Shown here in pieces: positions 1-13,600 of a DNA stretch of 64,000 nucleotides (its first letter is position 1; every line of letters starts with the position of its first letter). The notes below the pieces were generated by a model. That model was not told the origin of the DNA. It did no database searches and saw only the letters and a program-made list of their open reading frames with translations. Origin of the DNA: Tubiluchus corallicola (Eukaryota; Animalia; Priapulida). Location of the stretch: positions 682,001-746,000 of the forward strand of contig JAQGDQ010000054.1 of assembly GCA_030141605.1 (NCBI GenBank), in the 5' to 3' direction. The translations under genes were made by a program, and so were the position numbers.

Positions 1-1299
1 CAGGGCTCTAGAGTGCTTAAAGTTGAGCCACACCTGCACAGGGTTTAAAAGATTTTGTTGTGTGCCACCAGTGTATCATAAGAAAAATTTAAAGTGCTGT
101 AACTAGCATACACTTTGCTGGTCTTAAAGGCATGTGGATTGTTGCATAAAGAATGAGTGCTTGTTCAGGGTAAGTTTAGTAAAGACATTAATTAAAATGT
201 TTTATTAATGTGGCAACATGAATAACATTGTATAAAATAAGTAAAAGTAATCTTATCAAGTTATCTGTATAGTAATATTAGTGTTACACCATTATATAGT
301 TTTCACAAGAACGATTGCTGTTGAGTGAGTATGCTAAGCACATTTGAGAAAAACAATTTATTTCACTCTTAAACTATGCTATATTATAGTACATGTGTCT
401 TGCTGTGCATAATTATTTTTAAGTTCATAATATTCAATAATAGTCTTATTATTTTGATTTCCTGCATTGGTCAGATGTTTTCATTAGTAGAAAGCTACCC
501 AAATAAGTTAAGTGGTAACAGTTCCACAGTCATTAGGTGACTTGAATGTTTTGTAAAAAGCAATATTATATGAATGTCCATTTGTAAATTTTGTACAGTT
601 TTTATTCATAAATAATAAATTATGCAACAGAAATGTATTGTAATTAAATCTTGTGACTTTTTGAGTGGTATTTTGAGCGCAAATGTGTGTTTGGTTCAGC
701 AGCGATTTGGTAAACATCTAAGAATGAATTTATTATATTCAGTTTAACCTAGCTAAATGCACAAAGGTTAAAATTTTTAATCTATTAGATATTTTAAAAT
801 GAGCCAAGTTTAGTTTGTTTAACAGAATTTTATGTATTCATATAGCAGCATCACAAACTGACATAATCAGTCAATATTCAATGAGTTAAAATTAAACATT
901 AAGGAGCAGGATTCACCAAATTTAAAGGTTTCATTAATAATAAAGCATCCTCTAATAATAACATTAATAATCAAAGGTATGTGATATAGGCCCTATAATC
1001 ACAATATTCTTATCATGATCAAAGAAGTCTAATTGCAAATTGGATTCCATGCCAAGTAGCTACGTTATTTTTAGTAAGTCTCCTCAAAGTACCAAGTAAA
1101 TGATTGATCTCAGCTTGGGCCTTGGCTTCTTCCACCTTGTCAAGGTACACAAACGCAGAAGTAGAAAAACTAGTGCGCAGCAGTTACAGTTGCCATAGTG
1201 GCAGAGCATTACGGACTGTTATTGTCAGGTATGCTATCGCGCAAACTGCTTGTGCTTTGGTGTGTGACAGATGGGATTGCCGAGATGGCTCACGCCGAC

Positions 1300-1690
1300 A
1301 TATATTGGCGAACTTAAGAATATTATTATTTATCAATACTTTGTGTATTGAACACGGGAGACACGTTAAACCCAGAGAAACCCCAGCCGAGAATCATCTA
1401 TGTACATATTATTTAAGAAATGAAATAGAAGACGAATTACACTTTATTATAAAATGCCCAAATTACAATGATCTTAGAGGAAAATTATGTAATCACATCA
1501 GTGTAATTATACCAGAATTTTTCCTTATGAGCGATGCTGATAAATTTTTATTTTTGATGGGAAGTAATGACTTAAAAGTAATTAAGGCATTTATTGATTA
1601 TGTTGAAAAAGTGCTTTAAGACACAACGAACAAAATACTGTATAATGATCATATCATTGAAAATGAGGTCTGATGAATAACAATTTATTT
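1300..1690 (+). mobile_element. 5'-truncated LINE 3' end (C-terminal zinc knuckle)
   Basis: LCIEHGRH...LC...EIEDELHFIIKCPNYNDLR...DKFLFLM is the typical C-terminus of non-LTR retrotransposon ORF2; AATAA near 1676. Confidence 0.7.
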
Positions 1691-2029
1691 TAAATACTAA
1701 TCATTAAACTCTTCATTTAAATAACTAACAAGATTTAATAATTATCAGTAATAGTTTTGTTTGTCTGCAGTGTCACTAAATTTCAAAATTGAAATGATAT
1801 GTATGTCTGATAAATAAATATGAAATAAATAAATATATATTATTACAATCAATGCGCCGCTCAAAAGTTTTATTTCTCCACCGTTTTATGCTGCCAGCAT
1901 ATCCACTAATCGCAAAAACGAAGAACATAACAATGTGCTGTTTCATTGCTTCATCTTTCACGATCATCATCATCATCATCATACATAACAATAAGATAAC
2001 AATAAGCTGTTTCGTTACTTCATCTTTCA

Positions 2030-3300
2030 TCATCACTACTCGAAATAATATAAATAATAAAAATTTCCCAAGTACATGTATAAGCCCTAATTTAACTGTT
2101 GGAATGATGTTATATTTAGACAGCTGTAGAGTATAAACAAACAATAAAGCGATAGAAAATTTTAAAGTATTGGAAAACAATAAGATGTTAACATTCAGCC
2201 TAAAGAAAACTAAATACATGAAAACGAACTAAGAAAAAGGATAAGGAAGAAATAGAAAGCAAATTAAGAAATGGAATAATCCAGAAAACAAACCAGTATA
2301 AATATTTAGGTGATTGGTCAAATGCAAAATACAACTATGAATTATTACTTGAAAAAAGAATGGAGAAGGCAAAGAACATGATAACAGAAATAATGAGAAT
2401 CGGAGATGAGCAGCAAAATTTAGGTAAAAAAGCAATAGACGTAAGATTACTTATGTATGAAACTGTGGTAATCCCGTTAGTATTGAACAACTGTAAAACA
2501 TAGACGAATATTAAAAAAGAATGGGAGAGCTTGAAAAAATACAAAAGGAGATGCTAAGAAGATTTCTCAATAAAAACACTAGCACACCATACTGGGGTAT
2601 GTTAGCAGAAACAGGTTGACTATAAAAAGGCTATGTTTTATTATTCGTTGATGAACTCAGATCTAAACAGATTCGCAAAACAAGTAGTACTTAAGCAAGA
2701 AAAAAGGGCATATAAAGATTGTTGGTATTCAGAAATACGTGAAATCATAGATAAATATGGAAAGAGGGACAAGATCAAGCATATAAAAAATGGAGAAATC
2801 AAAAAATCAACATAGAAAAAAGAAATATAAAAAGCAATATATAAATCAAAAAATATTACAGGAAAATAAACATAACGTACAAAGAATGACAAAATTAAAT
2901 TTTCTTGATGGTGAGAAATATGAGAAACAACGATATATTAGTGATTGTAGTCTTGCAGATATAGTAAATATAATGGAAATTAAATTAAATATGAAAGAAT
3001 TGATATGCAATTACAAAGGAAACAAATGGGAAGATTTACTATGACCTAAGTGCAGGATTCAGGAAGATGCAACAGAACATGCATTAAGTTGTGAGAAGTC
3101 AGAAAGAATAATAAATAACAAAAATGTAAGGATACAGACTATAAAAACAACAGAAATAGAAACCCTTGAATGATTAGTAAGGGCATTTAGAATTATGGCA
3201 TCAAGAGAAAACATATAGCTGATATAACGAAATGTAATGAAGGGGAAGGGTGACACTCGTATGCAGAACCAGGAATGACAATATAATGACGTCAAAAGAA
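2030..3300 (+). mobile_element. Degenerate LINE ORF2 (RT C-terminal half) relic
   Basis: Frameshifted fragments: FSLKKTKYM, LLMYETVVIPLVLNNC, STPYWGMLAETG, KLNMKELICNYK, KCRIQEDATEHALSC; many stops. Confidence 0.6.
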
Positions 3301-3759
3301 AATAATCTGCTCTTGCACACCTAATAGGTTGTGCTCACCTTGGAAAACGTGAAGTAGAGCCAGTGAACTGCTGATTATTTACTTCTGAGCCAGTCTACTT
3401 CTACTTAATTAGTTAGCTAACTTATCTATGTAATACAAATTATACCAAGAATGTTAATTGTTGTTATTACTAACACTGAAAATAACCTTTGCACAAAGCT
3501 TTGATGAATTAACTTTATATGTATGCAGTATTTGACATGTTTGTGCTGTATGGTGTTTTGCCAATATACATTATAATCATGTATTTGAGTAATAAATTGA
3601 AATTGAATTGATTATGCCCATTACATCTATTGTAGACACTGGGCAGGCAGAACTGTAAAGTAAAAGAAATCTTCCCTTAAGACAGGTAAACACAGCAATA
3701 ATCCATCAAAAAAAAACAAGACACTCCTATGCCAGTGGCTTGTCAGCACCACTTCTCTT

Positions 3760-4450
3760 TCATCATCATCATCCAATGAATCACACGTCCAGTGACATGA
3801 TTCTGCTCACCTTCCTATGCCAGGACTCCCTACTCGCCGCAATGCCCCAAGTACATTTATTTCTAAGGATCAATGCTGAAGTGTTTAAATCTTTCTGTGC
3901 AAAATCTACAGGTTTTTTAGCTGGTTCTATGGCTTGTTGAAGAGCTATCTTCACTGGAATATCATCAGGTAGTCTAAGCATATGCCCAATCCATCTTAAA
4001 CGGCGTGTTTTTATTTTTCTTGTCCAAGGTTCTTCTTTTATTTTTGCATATAGATCTTTGTTTGAAATTTTCTTTGGCCGTCTAATACCCAAAATGTTTC
4101 TGTAATTTCGCCTTTGAAACGCATCGATTTTAGCTTTATGATTTGCTTTTAATGTCCAGAGCTCAGAAATACACTTTCAACTAAGGCTGAGAATATTCTA
4201 ATTTTTGTTGCCAAAGAAATCTTCCTATTCTCAAAAACTTTTGTGAGTTTTGAGCAAGCTGATAATGCCATTATCTCCGTCTTGATATGTCGTCTTCTGT
4301 TGCCAGCAGACTATCGAGATCTTCTCAAATACACTTTGACTGCGTTGTCAATATGGGAGCGCTTTGCTCCATCCCCGTTCAGTACAAACAGATTTCCACG
4401 ATTACTGGTATCACAGTTGATGAATTTAGTTCAAGTGTTGTTGCTTTTTC
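3760..4450 (-). mobile_element. RTE-like LINE 3' fragment
   Basis: ORF 3781-4092 KISNKDLY...WTRKIKTRRLRWIGHMLRLPDDIPVKIAL...AASRESW followed by a (TGA)n tail, characteristic of RTE-clade ends. Confidence 0.75.
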
Positions 4451-4677
4451 GCATTAGTTGATTTAATCTTTCAGAAGTAATTTTAACCCTGAAGTGCTGG
4501 TTTGAACGTTGAATAATAATTACTTGCTTTCTGGTTTAGGCCTGTTGATATGCTGGAACTTCTCGAGTAAAAAATCATTGCAGTGTGACAGCGACCAGGC
4601 AACTACACTCCGTGTGAAGTTAGGTTACTACAGTGTTATGTTCGTTGACACAGTTTTTCAATTAGTTGCAATGGAAA

Positions 4678-7600
4678 ATGGGTTCTAGAGTTAGGTACGA
4701 TGATGCCTGATTTCTGTAATTACTTAATGCAAATGCTTCGTTTAAATGTAATGGTTGCATTTTTAGGCTTACCATATTTGGATGTGCAAAAAGATCTAAA
4801 ACAACAAATTCAACAATAAGTTAGGTCTGTGCAGGAGCGCTTACAGCAGCTTCTCTAGCCGGGTTCATTACGGCACTCCGAAAAGCAACGCATTTTTTAA
4901 ATAAAGCTGTTTTGGAGGTCTTGAACTAATCTATACAAATATTTTTTGTGTTAGGTATTTTTTTAAATTTGAGACATTTTAGCAATTCGCCTATCTAAGA
5001 TTTAGTGGAATAGAGTATTATTTTGGTTGACAGTAAACCTATTAAGATTAATATACTCATTCAAATACCTTAATTGCTACCTTAATGCACGCGTGAATCG
5101 ATACTTGTTTGCTAAAGTTAGGCCACAGTTTTCTTATGCGTGTTCGGTTATGTTTAAGTCTTTTCTAAAATTGTTCTTAGACAAGTAAAATCTTCCTCAG
5201 TTTTTGTTTTGCAATATTAACAATGAAATTTAAATAAACTATATTACGCATAGTTAATCACTAAAATAATTATGTAATTACATAAGTTTATAATGCTTCA
5301 AATGTCATGCAGTAAGCATAGGAGTACCTTCTTTGGACACTGTCCAGTCAAGGCCAGTGGCCAGTCAAGGTAAATTTCACTGTTGATACTATGAATTAAA
5401 TCCAATGGAATATAGGCTTTGATTTTACAAGACTGTTGTAGTTACAATCTGTGATAGTCTCATAGTCAGTTTTAGTGCCACTGATATGAGAAATCCTTCC
5501 AACTAATTTGAGCGAAGTTTCTTAGAAGTTAAGAACCACCTAAGGATCTTTGATTTAAATATATATATATATAGGAAGGTATAGTTTGACAGACACTGTA
5601 AAACTGTTATATCCGGCTTATTTTGTCAACTAACTGATAACCTTAGAAAAAAATTAGCAAAAGAACACACTGAAAACATTACAGTATGTCATAGGTTATC
5701 TGTGGTCATGCATCATGCCAGATAAGTATCATTAGAATACAAAAGACCTCTGATCATGATCGAGCTAAGAGGTCACTAAAGGTCACTGACAGAAATGGAA
5801 AAAACTATAACTCATTATATTAGTGAGTCACTAGGCTTTAAATATTATGAATTGACAAGAAGAAAATTGATGCCAAATGTCATAAATTAACTGCATCAGT
5901 ACCTAAAGGCAAAAACCAGAATGACTACAGCAGAGCAATTTGTGCTTGTTTCCGTGCAGGTCCTATTTTAATATCTCTCTTTTTTACGCCAGTTTTTAGC
6001 TGTGTGGTCTTTTTAAATTTTTGATTAAGATACCAGTCAGAACTTTTCCATAATTTACGGTGATTGTCATATAGACTGAATTACTGATGTCTATTGCTTC
6101 TCTTATAGAGAAAACCCGGACAAAATATTTGAGGTGTTTCTTGAAGTTGCCCCTGCTGCAGACAGTGATGGTAAGTGATGCGTGTTGCAGTGGCGAATGA
6201 GTGGACCTAGTTGATTATTTCAATTTAGCTAGTTAGCTCGTAAGCGATTACTTCGATTAATTATTTATAACCTTAATAACAATAATATTGTTAGTACCAT
6301 TATTGTCAATATTTAATCGAGATTATTTTTCAGAGCCGTTTGTATTACAAAGATATCCAGACGAATTTATTCAACGGGTGAGTTTTATCTTTAGTGACTT
6401 CAAATTAACTATAGTAGTTAGCATTTACTAAAAATTTACATAGTCATAAAAGGTGTTACATTATGTCTGTGCAGAAGAGAATTAAAATATTGCATGAAAT
6501 CTCTAGATTAATGAAATTTCACTTGTATATGTGTTTGTATAGTGTGAACAGTTAGTAAATAAAGCCAGCTTGCCACTGTACAAACTAAGAAAGTTATTAA
6601 GAGCTATTTGCTGAGAACTACGTGTGTTTTGGTGTTAACAATGTTATTATAATACTGATCTGAATTTTCAGGATGTTTTGAAATCTGCTCCCAAGTTTGC
6701 GTTCCCATGTCCTGTTGATAGGTAGGTAACATAACCATAATAACCATAGTGATCTGGTGATGAAACATTCCCATGCTTTTGCATCTGCTAAGCATAAAAA
6801 CACAGTAACATTTTTTGTAAAGTTTTGACTCTGAAACTTCACATTGACGTAAACACCATGCTTTAGCAAAGCCAAACTATAATTAAACTCAGATTTTCTT
6901 TGAAGCCACGAGTCACACTTATGAATGAGTCACTTGTTTAAGTAATTAGTTTAAGTGATTCAGTAGATAAGTGACTCATGTATCGAGATGGTATTATAAA
7001 TTTGTAAGAAAGTTCTGCTTTATTTCTGGAGAGATTGTAGTTTACTGTACTGTACTGTAAATTAAAAAAACTCATTTCTAATTATTTATGGGTATATTTA
7101 CTATTTGCTGCTTGCTGTTTGAACAGTTGAACAGTGTTTGTATGCAACAGACATGAAGATTTAATAAATTAAAAACATCATGATTACAATCTCTGTTTGA
7201 TATAGAATGTACTCTTGAATATCAATGCCAGCTTACAACTAAGTGAGTGCCTTGTCATATGTGAATATTAAAACGAAGTGCATACTTTGTTTAAACATTC
7301 TGGTTAAATGAGATATTCCACGTGTTAAACACATACTTATGGTATGTTTGTGAACTTCTGTAGCAAAAAAAATCTGTTGGTCAAACTAGTTTTCTGATTA
7401 TTAATTTTGTCTGCATGGCAAATTAGGCTTGTCGTAGACAAAAACATTCACTCGCTTCTGTAGTTTAACCCACAGCTATTGGTAGCTAATTGGAACATTT
7501 TGTTTCATAAACTACTTAATAGTTATAAATTTTTTAATACATTTTTATTAAGAAAATCAACAGTTCAACTGCACACTAGCAATCATCTTCAGAAAATCAT

Positions 7601-10600
7601 GAACTACATTAATTTCTTCCTGAAGGCGGTGGTTAGTGTGCAGTAAAACCTGGATTTTCCTAATAGAAATGCACTAAACTTTGCTGTATAGTGGGTTATT
7701 TATGAAACAGATATTGTTCTTCTTATAGAGAATTTAAAAACTTTAGAACAAGTTTACCATTTCTAACAAACTGTCATTTAACAAAATTGTAGCTTGAAAA
7801 AGAAAGGTGGAGCTAATGGCTTCATTTTTAGTGGTTACATATCCTCAGAGTTTGTAAACACTGGCAGTTTTAATATTTCAAATTTGCCTGTTGTAAGTAC
7901 CTGACACTGTTTAGAAAGCTATAATAATTAGGTTATGTTTAGATTATAAAAACTTATGTTGAATCACCAAGTATGATAGAAAAAACAAATTATTTTCAAA
8001 CTATTTTTTCACAGTAGTTGTTATCAAGTAAATGTTGTTATCAAGAATAGTTACATTTTGTTAGTGGGAAATTTGTCTCAATAAACAAGGATATATCAAA
8101 CTTGGCTGAAAAAAGACGGGACTGGACTTAGTTTTGAATTATGAATCAATGGATTACAAGTCAAGGCCTATAACCTCTAGACTTTTTCGGTTATACCATG
8201 GAGACAAAAGTGTTGACCTGATTTAAATCCGTACTCGCATTTTTTCACACTTCCTTTAGGCCATGTTTGGCTTAAAAAAATTCATTAATTGTCAGTTTGT
8301 TTAAGATTATAAATAAATAATTGATAATTAATGAACTAAAGTGAGGATAAGTCCTTAATTAAATGTTCAAGTGAAAGTTAAATTTCTGATTTCTGAGTCT
8401 AGTAGCATAATAGTAGTACTTGAGTTGTACAATGTACATGCGTGACTTTGTACCTTGTACATTGGAGTGAAGTGTAATCTGATGTTCTCCTATGTCTTGT
8501 GATCTTTTAGCCCATGGCACATTATTAATAATTCGTTGTCTGTATGTCTTCTCCCAGGAGGCAGCTGAGACCTTGCTCAGCTTACAATGTGCATTTAGTA
8601 TACGGTTTGTTAGCGAAAACATACGTACAGTCTAGCCTCGTTATCTCGCCCCTCGTTATGCCGCCAAACTCATCTCTCGCCATAGAAAGTACCAGGACGG
8701 ATTTCCTGCTTTGATATTTACCTCGTTAAGTCGCCACCCTCGCTTCTCGCCCTCGCCACGCCATGCTAGGATGAGTGCTTATGTAAACTATATTAGTTAT
8801 GTCTCCAAACAGACAAACTCAGAGGTGAATCGATCAATACATATACCGCGGTATGTAGACAATGCTCCTGTACTCGATAGACAGACATAATTAATCTAGT
8901 GTGTGTCTCACCAGGATTAGATTAGGAGTGCTGTGGTTGGTTAATGCGCAGAGAAGCTAAAGCGGCACCGATATCCTTACTCTATAACACCAAAGCTGTG
9001 TTTAAATTGGAGTTTCCACAAAGTGTGAGCAACTTTACATGATGTCTCTGAAGCGAAAACTGTTTTGTCTTAATCCTGAACAAAAAAAGGAAATTTGTAT
9101 TTATCATACGAATAATTCTTCAAAGACTCAGCAGGAAATTGCTACTGTATTTAGTGCGAAATTTGGTGACACTGTTAGTCGGAGAAGTGTAGGAGATATA
9201 ATAGCGAGTAAAGAAAAATGGATGCAAAGTCATGGTCACAGTGGCTCAACGAAATTGCGACGTGGACAGCATTCCAATCTGGTGTATACTCGAAAAAGGT
9301 TTTTTAAATAAAAAAGTAACATTCTAAGATTATTTTTATGACATTTTTTCATTTCTGATTTAATGTTGATTGGTATCATAATGCAAAATATATTTTATAT
9401 GTACATAGAGGAACACTATGTTAATCAACTATTATGTATATACATATAGACTAACTTCGTTATATTCCCGTTATCTCGCCATACTCGCCTCTCGCCAAAA
9501 ATTTGCCCTAGACAGTGGCGAGATAACGAGGCTAGACTGTAGTTTGTTTGTTTGTCAGAGCAAGTGGTCTAAGTTTGTTTACTATTAATTTATTACAACT
9601 TGGGGTAATATGTGCAAATAGACCAGAAACCTAAATAAAACAATTGATTATTCACTTTCTATCCTGAATTTACTAGATGTCAGTTAACTTGTAGTTGAAG
9701 ATTAAAGATTAGAGTGTACAATAAACAAAAAATATAAAATTGTGCTAAACTGGCATCAGTGTATGCGTTATCTTAGATGCTGAATTTTATAGCTTGTTTC
9801 ACTTTCCATGTTATTGTAATTTCATGTACTACACATGGCTTTCTATTGTAGGACAGCTGTGCAATTATATTCGTTCGTCATTACGAGTGAAGATAGCAAG
9901 TTTGCATTTGGTTTCTGCCGTCATGTACCTCACTCTCAAACGTGCCTATGCATAGTCAGGTATTACAGTTTATTATTTTTTAGTCATTTGCATTCATTGC
10001 TGTTTTTAAATAAATATCATAAAGTATTTCTAGTTTGATACATGTATTTTAAGTATTAAAGCAAAAACGTTTTAAGATTAACATGTGCGTTTCACTGTTT
10101 ATTGTTTATTTGGGTACCCTGCATTTTTTATGCTGTTCATTAGTTAACGTGGCTGTACAATTGACAGCTGTCGCACAGTGACCTGTAAGTGAAATTTGCT
10201 TGTTACATGTGTTGTAGGCCATTTAGTTCATGAATTTATTATTATACTGTACGAGTATAATATTCTTTACTGTTGTAGGAATATTTACTATATACTCTGC
10301 AGTTATTGAATAATTAGTAACATGTAGTAAAGTCGGATAATGTAAAATGATACTTTAATGCAACGTGAGTCTAAACTTAAATTAACCATACGTCCAGTTG
10401 CAATCTTAATGAGATTTTAATTGTGACATTTTGATAATAAAAAGGGGCTGATCAGAATGTTTCCTGAGGAACCATAAGTAAAGCATAGTTACATTTATAA
10501 TAAAGACTAGTGCTCAAACTGTGACCTGGTTCTCTGACCATTTTTTATAAAAATTATATATTGGCATTTTAATGTTACATGTAATATGTAGTATATCATA

Positions 10601-13600
10601 TGTGTAAGTGTGTTTTTACCTTTAGTTGGTTGCATTAAGGAAATAATGAACAAATGTTAAAACAGAATACACAGCCACTGCATTTTGATCTTTTGTGAAG
10701 TTCTTGTGAGATTCAAGTTCATCAAACTTAACAAGTGCTTCGCCGGCTAATAGATAAATGTTTATTTCATCTCGTTTTGTTGTTTGCGATTTGTGTAGTG
10801 GTGTTATTATTGCTTTTTATTGTATTTCTTTCTAGTTTCTTGCCCTGGTTTGACTTCTTCTTTAAGTTGCTCAATGTTATTGCAGAAATACTCAATTCTA
10901 GACAGGTACGTATATCTATTACTGTTGAAGGTAGTCAGCTTGCTTTACAGAAAAAGAACTAATTCTTTAAGAAAAGGAATATATTGAATTAAGCTGAAAG
11001 TGAGAAGACATTTTTTTATTCATGAGTCTTAAGTAAGTTGTTTTTGTATTTTCTAACTTTTGTTGTCGCCTTACAGGAAGGAATTTTAGAGCCATTTTTA
11101 GACAGCATCTACCGTCGTGATGTACCTGCAGCAGGTGATACAATCTACGCCCAAACTAGCAATTTCACATATGTAAGTTAAAATACAGTTACAATTATAG
11201 CCAGCGTTGGTTTATGCATTGATAACATTTTTGTTTCTTTTAATTGATAATAATGTTCTACCAGTTGAGCTTATTGATAGTCATTAATATATTTGTACTT
11301 GGACTGGGACATTTTTGTTAATGATGAATTATGAATATTTAAAGATTTATTTTTAACTAACAAGGTATCTTAAAACGTTAATCAGTAGACACTTTTAATA
11401 AATCCACTTTTAATCAAAGTTAATACGTGACATTTTACGTGTCAGCTTTATTAAGGTATAACACAATGAATATCCAAAAAAAGATTAGTCTCAGAAATCT
11501 CAATTTAATTTCAGGAATTTTCCTGCATGTGTCCAGATATAACTCGTTTACCAAGCATTCCAGAAAATGTAAGCTTTTCATCATTTTGACATAGTAGATC
11601 TCGTCATGATTTGCACAATACCTTTTTGGCTTATTGCTGTCTTCTCTTTCTTTTTTTTCTTTGTACACAGATTTACACACTGCAGGCTAGAATCCAGTAC
11701 TCATTAAATTGGTGGCAGGATTGGAACCTGTTTCATTATCAAAGATAATTCCTTAAGAGGAGGTACTGTGCCAGTGTAGGTGTCTTCAGATGTATGTACA
11801 AAACATATACTTCTTCAGTGAAGTAAATAGCTGCAGAGACCAAGAGTATGGCAGACAAAATTATCCAGAAACAATTACTTGGCAGTTAACTACTCATTTA
11901 CTAACCAGCCTTAGCGTTGCTCAACTTTGATTGCTATGACCACTCAGCTATTACACTTCCACATAACTATGCATGCTTTGCAATGGACGACTACAGTAGT
12001 GGTAGCAAGGTTGTGTGAAACTCGTCCTGGATAAATAATATAAAAGAAAAAAGAAGGCAGTAAGTCACATAATTTAGGGTAAATCATTGTACAGTGGTGA
12101 CAATTTGTAGTAATTTTGGCATTATTTTCAATATTAGTAATAAATTTACTGTGTAAATCAAAGTTAAAATTTTGGTGACAAGGCAGCGTAAAGGGCTACT
12201 GTTGTGAATTAAAAATCTTTGCTGTACTTTTATTTGTTTTTTATTGCTTTGTAGCGGAATGTTATGGAGTATTTTAATGCTGTGAATCCCAATAACATGA
12301 TACAAGTATTTGCCAGGTTTGTTCTAATTTTCTTTTCGATACAACTTTAGGCAAAATTGCCGAAAATGAATTTCTTTCTCAAAATAATTGTATTTTTTTA
12401 CTGTTGATAGCCTTATTGCAGTATAACCTCATTGGTTATAAGTTAATATTTATATTTTGGATAGTATGTGAATGGTTCCTCCAGAAACTGTGAAACAATT
12501 ATTGTGTAAGTGTTCATAATGAATTGCTAAATTTAATAGCCATGTACAGATAATTGGAATAAACAGGTGGAATTATTTATATTATGTGTTGTGTGATGTT
12601 GTACACTGCCATATAAAGTCTATCTTTTTATCAAAGAAAAATTATAATGTATTACTGATAATGAGGCAAGGTAGGTAGTTAAAGTTTCAGCTTTGTCTCT
12701 AGTATGTCCTGCAGTTTTGCAGTATAACCTAATTTGCTTATATTCTAACTCTATTTACAGCATGCTAAACGAGAGAAGGATTATGTTTACATCAAAGAAG
12801 CTCAGTCGATTGACAGCGTGTGTATTTGGTTCTGCGTCATTACTTTATCCAATGCACTGGTAAAATTTCCTGTTACTTATCAAAAACTATAAGTTACAGT
12901 CTTTTGAATTTTTGTTTAGTATTTATGTATTTAAGGATGCTTCGTATTGTAGTGTTTTATTGTCTTGGACTTTATTGTAATTTAAAAAAATACTTTTAGT
13001 GAATTAGTGATACTGAATTATAAAACAATTATTTGGTTATGGACATGTACTAAAACGGTTTTATATTAACAGGCAACACATCTTCATTCCAGTGTTACCA
13101 ACCCACCTTATTGACTATTTACTGTAAGTATCACTTCAACTAAGTAAAGTTAATGAATCTTTACCAATTAGGTATGTTCTGATATGGAGAGCTAACAATT
13201 AGTCACATGCAATAATCATACTGTATCTTCTTATAATTATCTAATTAGCCACTTAAATTTTTGCCTTTTAAACATTTTAGCAACTTTTACACAAGGAGTT
13301 TGCTTAATGCAGCATCATATTTTATAATTTTTTGTTTCAGAGCTCCTATGCCACTAATAATTGGAGTTCCTGCTTGTCTAATGGAGGTGTGTTAAAAATT
13401 ATTTTTTGACCGGTTACCATTTGTAAAATTTATGAAATATGGCTAATAACCTTCAGTATCACTATAACTACTTATGTTATATTAATGGTAGTTACAGTTG
13501 CTGATGGCCGTTTTACATCTGAGCTAGGGATGTTAACGATAATGATATGTATCGGTAATTATCATATCGGTAATTATCGATTATTGTATCCGTACAAAGC

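Noticed and set aside
1104-1619. 171-aa ORF as a host gene
   Set aside because: Its C-terminal half is a LINE ORF2 tail; the start is not ATG and the N-terminal half looks like chance read-through.
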